Below, piece after piece: positions 47,747 to 55,118 of a DNA stretch of 55,118 nt. Origin of the DNA: Prorocentrum cordatum (lineage: Eukaryota); contig CAUYUJ010000183.1 of the NCBI GenBank assembly GCA_963575745.1, positions 62,001-117,118 on the forward strand. Reading direction: 5' to 3'. Numbering within the stretch: position 1 is the stretch's first letter; every line of letters begins with the position of its first letter. A program made the translations under genes and the position numbers. The notes under the pieces are model-generated. The model was given only the letters and a program-made list of their open reading frames with translations. It was not told the origin of the DNA and did no database searches.

Positions 47747-49273
47747 CTAGAACCACGCGCGCGCTTCGCGCGCGCTTAGGTTCTAGCTAGGAGGCGAGCT
47801 TGAGTCAACGAAAGTCGCAGGGAAGGGGGCAGGGGGAAGAAGGCCAGAGAGCGCTGAAGGATACAAATACTGGAACCCTCTTGTGATTTTGTGGGGGGTC
47901 TCGTCCGGCCGCTCGCTGGGAGTTTGACGTAGCTTCTCGGGAGCCTCTGAACCTGTCGGGGGCCTCCTGGAAGCAGGTTCGAAGCATTTTGGAAGCCGAT
48001 TTGGGGCTTCTCGGGGCCTCCTTTGGGCCTCTTGGGGGTCTCCTGGGGCCTCTTGAGGGGCCTCCTTGGGGCCTCCTGGCGGCCTCTTGGGGCGGAAGGC
48101 TCGAGCTTGCGGTTCGTGGTCCCCCTCTGGGCCCCCTCTTGGGCCCGTCTTGGGGCCCTCTTGGGCCATCTTGGGCGCCTCTTGGGCCGTCTTGGGGCCC
48201 TCTTGGGCTGTCCTGGGGCCCTCTTGGAAGCTTCTTGGGCCGTCTTGGGGCGGTCTTGGAGGCCTCTTGGGCCGTCTTGGACGCGGTGAAAGCCCAAGAT
48301 GCGAACATGCGAAAAATATACGTTTTCCCATAGGAATGGCACGATTTTTGTTTCTTGGACCTCTTGGGGTGCCTCTCGGAACGTCTTGGGCTGATTTTGG
48401 AAGCCTTTTGGCGCCTCTGGGTGGCGTTTTGGCGCCTCCTGGGATATGTTGGGCCGGAAGCTCGGAATTCGAGAGTGGCTTTCTCCTTCTGGGACCCCTC
48501 TCGAAGTCGTCTTGGGGTTCTCTTGGGCCGTCTTGGGGCCGTCCTGAGCCACTCGTGCGCAGCCTTGGAGCGCTCCCGGAGGCCTCCTAGGCCGTCTTGG
48601 AGGCCTCTTGGGCCGTCTTGGACGCGGTGAAAGCCCAAGATGCGAACATGCGAAAAATATACGTTTTCCCATAGGAATGGCACGATTTTTGTTTCTTGGA
48701 CCTCTCTTGGGGTGCCTCTCGGAACGTCTTGGGGTGCTTTTGGGAGCCTTTTGGCGCCTCTTGGCGGCATTTTGGCGCCTCCTGGAGCCTCTTGGGCCGG
48801 AAGCTCGGAATTCGAGGTTGGCTTTCTCCGTCTGGGACCCCTCTCGAACTCGTCTTGGGGCTCTCTTGGGCCGTCTTGGGGCCGTCCTGGGCCACTCGTG
48901 CGCAGCCTTGGAGCGCTCCCGGAGGCCTCGTAGACCGTCTTGGGCGCCTCTTGGGCCGTCTTGGACGCGGTGAAAGCCCAAGAGGCGAACATGCGAAAAA
49001 TATACGTTTTCCCATAGGAATGGCACGATTTTTGCTTCTTGGGCCTCTCTTGGGCTGCCTCTCGGAGCGTCTTGGAGGCTTCTGGGACCTTCTTGGTGTC
49101 ATGACAGGCGTCTTGGAAGGCATCTGGAGCCATCGGAGCGCGTTTCGAAGCCGCCTGCGAACGATCTTGGACGGCGTCCGGCGGTCCGACGAGCCTCCGG
49201 GCCCCCCGGAGCCCACATTTGTGGTCGGGGTCCCGGCCCCGGGCCCCCGGACCCGGTGCGCCTTTATGTGTAT
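47747..49273 (-). mobile_element. Non-autonomous Helitron-like element
   Basis: Minus-strand 3' end GCGCGCGC-GAA-GCGCGCGC hairpin, GTGGTT, CTAG|T into (TA)n; no TSD; 5' end degenerate (TGTATACACATAAAGG, no intact TC). Confidence 0.6.
48000..49070. repeat. ~342-bp tandem repeat (about 3 copies) built on ~11-bp GGCCTCTTGG/GCCGTCTTGG subunits
   Basis: GTGAAAGCCCAAGA(T/G)GCGAACATGCGAAAAATATACGTTTTCCCATAGGAATGGCACG at 48286, 48627, 48970. Confidence 0.95.
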
Positions 49274-49486
49274 ACACACACACACGCACATTGAAATTAA
49301 GACAGATCGTCCCCCTACGATTTTCTGTGTCTGGGTACTCCCCCTGTCTCCTGTAGAGGGACATGCCCGACTTAACGCTCGGGGCGGTGCTGGAGGCTCC
49401 GCCATGGGGCGTCCAGCGCCGGCGGCCCGGCCGCCCACGGGTTCCGCGCGGACCGCAGGGCATTTACGCGCATGGCGCAGGACAGT

Positions 49487-49650
49487 CTGCGTCGGGCATG
49501 TCCCTTCACAGAATATTGGCAAATCGTAAAAAAAAGCAGTGTAGGAACGATTTTTGTTTAAGCACGTTTTGAGACCATTTCTGAACGCGTTTTGAATCTG
49601 TTTTCATTTGTCGTCCCAAATCCGCCTGCAGGGGGACATGCCCGACCTAA
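49487..49650. mobile_element. hAT-like MITE family A, copy 7 (reverse orientation)
   Basis: GTCGGGCATGTCCC ... AAATCCGCCTGCAGGGGGACATGCCCGACCTAA; TSD not recognisable. Confidence 0.8.
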
Positions 49651-49824
49651 TGGTAAACATGGGGCCCCAGAAGCCCCGACAGTTTCTCAAGGGCGGCTTC
49701 TCCGCCCGACTCATCCCAAAACTTCGCCTCCAGCCTTCCACAGGAGGGGTCTCGCCTGTGTAGTTCAAAGTCCTGCGTTGTCAGAGGCTGCTGCCGGGCG
49801 TATCCATGTGCAGTGGCTCCTGCT

Positions 49825-50230
49825 GGTGTTGCTGTCATTATTGTTATTATTGTTATTACTACTATTACTTCTTCTTATTAGTATTATGACTATCATTAAT
49901 ATTATGTTTTTTATTGTGTTGCTATGCTGTCGTGCTTGATCCTAGTGCCGTTGGAGTCGTTGATACGTTGTTTGTTGCTGTTGCTGATGCGATGCGTGCT
50001 GATGCTATTATGTCAGCTGCTGCTGCTGTTGTCGTCGTTGCTGTTGCAGTTGTTGTCGTTGTCGTCGTTGTCGTTGTCGCTGTTGTCGTTGTTGTTGTTG
50101 TCGTTGTTGTTGTTGTCGTTGTCGTTGTCGTTGTTGTTGCTGTTACTGTTGTTGTTGCTGTTGTTGCTGCTGTTGTATGCGTGTGTGTGTGTGTGCGTGT
50201 GTGTGTGCGTGTGTGTGTGTGTGTGTGTGT
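49825..50230. repeat. (TTA)n/(GTT/GTC)n/(TG)n compound microsatellite
   Basis: Direct reading. Confidence 0.9.
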
Positions 50231-50604
50231 TGTAGCTGTGCGCCCTGGCCCTCTGAGAGTGGCGACCCTAGCGAGGATGGCACCTCCCTCGACGAGGGCC
50301 GGAGGCCTCTGCCAAAGGCCGCCCTGGACGCATGCACTCAAACACTGCACAGTCAGACGGATACAGTGGAGGCCAGTCCACAGGAAACCCAACCCTGAGA
50401 CCCCAGGACATCCATCGATTTCTGGCGTGGGAACGTCGCGCTTTCCATAGCAAGACCATCGAAACCCAAGAAACCCAGGGCACCCTGGAGGCAAGCAGGG
50501 TGTTTCTGGGCATGGGCCTCCTCTGTATCCGCCAGTCGGAAGACGTCTGTGGAAACATGAGGTAGGAAGGCGGATGAAGTAGATTGGGCTCGGGCCCACC
50601 CAAA

Positions 50605-50790
50605 CCCAGACATGCTCGCGTCGCTAAAAAAATCAAGATGGGAGGTTTTTGACAATTTTCGGCTCCGGAGAGCCCTCGCCGGGCCTCGGGACCGTCAAAC
50701 AACGATTCAGGACGAAAAACTGGTCCTGGGGAAAGGGTCGGGACTTCCAGGGGCGCCGCCCTGAAAAAATCAGGACGACGCACGTCTGGG
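50605..50790 (-). mobile_element. MITE family B copy (186 bp)
   Basis: CCCAGACATG ... CACGTCTGGG; AA on both flanks. Confidence 0.8.
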
Positions 50791-51006
50791 AAGAATAGCG
50801 GCAACAAAAGAAACAGGTCGATCATTGAAAGTGGAAGGCGCCCGAACGATCGGCGTGTCCGTCCGTGCGTCTGGGGCGGACCCGGGAGGGCATGCCAACC
50901 TTCCGCGCCGCGAGGCTTCTTGCGACGGCCCGTGAAGCCCGAACCCGGCCCCCCAGCAGCAGAAGATGCTCCAAAACCTGGCGCCGCGGCTCTGCCACAA
51001 GGGAAG

Positions 51007-51192
51007 CCCAAACAGGATCGCGTCGTACAACCATCCGGGCGGGAGGTTTTGGACCCTTTTCAGCCTCGGGGGGGCCCTCGCCGGGCCTCGGGACCGTCAA
51101 AAAGCGACTCGGGACGAAAAACCGATCCTGGGGAAAGGGTCGGGGCTTCCAGGAGCACCGCCCTGAGAAAATCAGGACGTCGCATGTCTGGG
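51007..51192 (-). mobile_element. MITE family B copy (186 bp)
   Basis: CCCAAACAGG ... CATGTCTGGG, colinear with the 50605 copy. Confidence 0.8.
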
Positions 51193-51308
51193 GAAGGGGG
51201 GTCCCCGTGCTCCCAGAGCTCCGGCGTCGTGGTCTGCACCGGGCGGGCCCCCAGACGTCTGGAACCCTTCCCTCCTCCTCCTCCTCCTCCTCCACCTCCT
51301 CCTCCTCC

Positions 51309-51343
<35 letters not shown>

Positions 51344-51547
51344 CTCCTCCTCCTTTTCCTCCTCCTCCTCCTCCTCCTCCTCCTCCTCCTCTCCCCTGGG
51401 CTGGTGTCTGAATTCCGAGTCGCTGCGTGGATGATCCTGGGGCCCGGCGAGGGGGCCCCCAGAGGCCGAAAGCTTGTAGAAAGTTCCCGTCGCTGTTTCG
51501 CTTCACGACGGAGACAAGTCTGGTTCCGGACACCCGACGATGTACGC

Positions 51548-51707
51548 GTAGGTCGGTGCCCCACTACAGGCGGATTTTCGACGAAAAAATAGAAATAGTC
51601 AAACAGTTTTTAAAATAGTCATGAATACTCAAAAATTCGTCCCCGTATCAGGTTTTTTTTAGTATTATTTTGAACATTCCTCCTTTAGAGGGACACGCCC
51701 GACTTAA
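51548..51707. mobile_element. hAT-like MITE family A, copy 8
   Basis: GTAGGTCGG..CTACAGGCGGATTTT ... GGACACGCCCGACTTAA; perfect TSD ATGTACGC (51540-51547, 51708-51715). Confidence 0.88.
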
Positions 51708-51863
51708 ATGTACGCGTCCATCCCGCGGCCCCAAGAAGGTCCCGATCACTTCCCCTGGAGTCGGGGCGGCGCACCCAGGGCGGAAGCGATGAGAAAAGGG
51801 CCTTCCAGAAGGCTCGGAAGCCCCCCTCGGCCTTCCGAGAAGTTTTCTGTTGGCGGATCGCAC

Positions 51864-52005
51864 TAGGGGGTGGAGGGATGGGGGAGGGCTTCTGAGAAAG
51901 CGGCTGCTTATTAGAAGGCGCCGGCCCTACATCTATAGAGAAGGCCCGCGCCTTCTAAGAAGCAGGGGTGCTTCTAAGAAGCCCTCCCCCCTTCCCCCCC
52001 TCTGC
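51864..52005 (+). mobile_element. MITE family F, copy 2
   Basis: GGGGAGGGCTTCTGAGAA ... TTCTAAGAAGCCCTCCCC inverted ends; core shared with the 33445 copy. Confidence 0.75.
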
Positions 52006-53979
52006 GCATGGCTGTCTCTAAGTCTTCCCCGAAGACACAGAAGACTTCTCGGAATGCCAGAAGGCTTCTGAGAAGCCTCGCTGCCTTCAGGGACTGCCTT
52101 ATCCTTTGCACTTCCCCCCCTTTGCTCGCCGCCGAAGTTCCCTGGAGGTAGCATTTCATCCCTACTTCATTTTGACGCCCACGGGGCCCGAAGATCAGCC
52201 ACTAGCAGTCTGGAACAAAGGAAAAACGCTGCCATTGAGAAATCACTTCTGCCTGAACTCGATTCAAAGAGGCCCAAGGAAACAACAAATAGACACAGCA
52301 CCCAGGATTCCCCGCATGTTTCCTCTATGTTCGTCTTCCCCCATATCAAAGATGTTCACTGATACTTCTACAGATCGGCGATGATTGTTGTGTGTGTATG
52401 TATGTATGTGTGCGTATGTATGTATGTATGTATGTATGCATGTGAATGTGCATGTGCATGTGCATTTGTGCATGTGTAAGTGTGTATGTGCAAGTGCATG
52501 TGCATGTGTACCTGACTGTGTATGTGTATGTGTATGTGCATGAGTAGGTGTATGTGTATGTGTATGTGTATGCGTGTATGTGTGCTTCTTCCCTCCAGAC
52601 TACATGCTCGACAGTGAGAGGAAACCTGGGTGCCCTGAGATCCGACGTAGCGACGAAAAATATCGCCACAAACCTGACCAGCATCCTAGAACCCGCTGTT
52701 CTGTAGATTTCCCCACGTTGCAACATATTGACTTCCGTCATCGGGGTCCCATGTCCCAGGGCGGCTGGAAAAAGGATGCATCCAGGCGGTACTTGCGTAC
52801 TTTCCAGCCGCCCTCCCGCACCACCTCCCTCTGGGCGCGTCGCCCCTCCGTATGCCATTTTCTGCACTCTGGCCACGGGGCGGGGTAGTTAGATACTTTC
52901 CAGACGCGCTGGGACAGGTGGCCGTGACGGTGGAACGATTTATTGTCTACCGCTCCTCGTTCGCAAAATGTCTCAAGCCCCACCGATCCCAGGAGAGCAG
53001 AGAACCGAATGGATAAGTCGGTCCGGAGATCGACATGAATCCGACCGGGGGGAATCGGCAGCCGAGTCGGGAGAAATCGAATCGGCCGAAAAGGCGGGCG
53101 AATAGACCTCCAGTGAGAAACCTGAATCCGAATCGGGGGGAACCGAAAAGTATCGATACCGCTACTCCCCGGACCACTCCCGGGGTGCGTTCTAACCAGG
53201 ATTGCGGGGAGAATCCAACGGTGGCGATGAGGGCCTCCCAGGCGGCCCGAAAAGGCGAAGACGAGCCGCGGGCAACGGCATCGGTACCTTTCCCTCCGCC
53301 GAGAAATCCGCATCGGAATCCGAGGTCGAATCAAGGCGGAAAATCGGGAGCCATCCGAGATCGAACCGAATCGAAGCGGAGTCGGAAGGAGCCCCACCGA
53401 GCCGCGAAGGCTCCTCCTCCTCCTCCCTCTTCCTCCTCCTCCTCCTCCTCCTCCTCGTCCTCCTCCTCCTCCTCCTCCTCCTCCTCCTCCCTTCTTCTCC
53501 CATATTCCCTTCCCCTTACCCTCCCGCTCCTTTTTTCCCCCTCACATCCTTCCCCTCTTCGTCACCTTTTTTGCCTCTCTTTCTTCATTTTCTTTTTTTT
53601 TTACTTTCCTTTATCTCCCCACCCTCTCTCTCTTTTCCTCCCTCCCTCCTTCCCTACCTCCTCCATCCTCCCCCCTCCCTCCTCCCTCCTCCTCCCTCTC
53701 CTCCCTCCCTCCCTTCACCCCTCCCTCCTCCCTCCCTCCCCGCCTCCTTCCTCCCTCTCTCCCTCTCCTCCTCCTTCTCCTCACTCCTCCTCCTCCCTCC
53801 TCCCTCCTCCCTCCTCCCTCCTACCTCCTCCCTCCTCTCTCCTCTTCCTCGTCCCTCTTTCCTCCTCCTCGTCCTTCGTCCTCCTTCCCGTTCCTCGTGA
53901 ATCCCCGGCGTCGTGATACTTCACAGCGTGGACATCTACAGTAGAAGTAAAAAAGAAACTGCATAAACAACACTTTTGG

Positions 53980-54105
53980 CGCTCCGTGCGGATTTCTTGG
54001 ATCTGCTCTGGAGCTCCGTCCCTGGCGCGCGGAGCGCGCCAGGGGCGGCGCCGGACGCGCCGCTGGGGGGGACCCAGCGCGGATCCAAGATATCCGCAAA
54101 AGTTC
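53980..54105. mobile_element. Palindromic MITE family G copy
   Basis: GCGGATTTCTTGGATC..CCTGGCGCGCGGAGCGCGCCAGG..GATCCAAGATATCCGC. Confidence 0.7.
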
Positions 54106-54982
54106 ATAATTAAGGAGAAGTTTCTTCTTTGATATCTGGTACCAGTATGCCTATAGAAATGTCAGGCTCCTTCCCTGTGGGGCAATGATTGGGGGGGGAT
54201 AGGCATCGAGGGGGGCTACGCCCCCGATCGTGAATCCGAACGTTCCTGGGCAGGTTGGGGCTGTCGGGCCCCAATCGGCGATCAATGGGCAACTGGGGGT
54301 CGATGCATCCCCCCCTCTGCCCCCCCTATCGTTGACCCCGATTCCCCCGGTGCCGGCTCTTGGACCACAACCGTTTCTTGACGACCCCTGGGCTCGGCGA
54401 GAGCCCCCCGAGGCAGAAAACTGCCAAGCACATTCCTTCGTGAGCTCTGCCGAGGGGATGCCAAGGCTCCCCAACATCCGCAGATACGTTTTTGTTCCCG
54501 CTTCCCGGCCCCAGGAGGGCCCGACCGCTTCCCTTGTGTATGCTATGTTCGCCCCATGGCCCGAGGACGGCCCCCCCAAGAAGGCCGAGCTCGCGACGGA
54601 GCCGCGGGTCGGCAAAAAGACATCGCCGGAGGTCCGGGCACCCGTGCACCTGCCGTGCACCTTCTCTGCACCCTCTGCGCACCTTCGCTGGATACAGTCA
54701 GCCCGTATATGTGGGATGGACAGAGCCCCCTTTAGCAAAACGTGGCTCAATGAAAACGACCTCGGGCCCAAACCTGGCGGGCGCAAGCCTGGAAACTGGC
54801 GGCCGCGGCGTGCCAATCGACGTGCCAGGGCGGGGCTCTGCCTGCCCCCGAGCACGATCCGCGAGCGGGGCGCGGCCCCGCGAAAGCGGCCAGGGATGGG
54901 GCCGACGGGAGAGATGCAGGGGCAAGCTTGGAGAGCTGCCCACCCTTGCCGCGCAGGCTGCCTGTGAGCGGGGGGCGAAGAG

Positions 54983-55118
54983 CCCAGACCCCCGACGTAA
55001 TGATTTTTTCATCACGCCGACCCCCAAAGGTCCCGACCCTTTCCCTAGGACCGGCTTTGCATCCCGAGTCGTCTTCTGACGCTCCCGAGGCCCGGTGAGG
55101 GCCCCCGGAGGCCGAAAA
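54983..55118 (+). mobile_element. MITE family B copy, truncated by window end
   Basis: About 9 differences in 136 nt from the copy at 6975 (counted by eye). Confidence 0.9.

Larger units (their letters stand above)
47654..49375. mobile_element. hAT-like MITE family A, copy 6, split by a ~1.5-kb insertion and itself inserted in a family G copy (47588-49454)
   Basis: Left TIR TTAGGTCGGGCATATCC at 47654, right TIR GGACATGCCCGACTTAA ending 49375; TSD CGCTAGGG/CGCTCGGG. Confidence 0.85.

Noticed and set aside
47776..49529. Multiple 300-550 aa ORFs
   Set aside because: Products of GC-rich 11-bp and 342-bp repeats; the frame shifts between units and no domain motifs are present.
54230..54967. 245-aa ORF
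   Set aside because: It starts within a dispersed repeat related to 27010-27170, has no recognisable motif, and is an expected length for GC-rich DNA.

Overview
Eukaryotic, GC-rich, gene-poor DNA that is almost certainly dinoflagellate. A near-complete dinoflagellate spliced leader (DinoSL) is present; the protein and repeat style resemble Prorocentrum (inference). Only one convincing intact gene is visible: an intronless 1210-aa secreted mucin-like protein (38370-42002, minus) with a Cys-rich module, an NLxGxGPD domain, about 150 TAAP repeats and a C-terminal GDPH/VWD-like domain. It lies 45 nt downstream of a genomic 19/22 relict DinoSL, so it looks like a retroposed mRNA. The rest of the window holds a frameshifted CRE-clade non-LTR retrotransposon (RT plus restriction-like endonuclease) and at least seven dispersed MITE families, including an 8-copy hAT-like family with 8-bp TSDs. 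There is also a nested stack (MITE > hAT MITE > Helitron-like insert with internal repeats), several fold-back elements, 42-, 102-, 152- and ~342-bp tandem arrays, and very abundant microsatellites. Most entries in the ORF track are low-complexity artefacts. No rRNA, tRNA or CRISPR was recognised.
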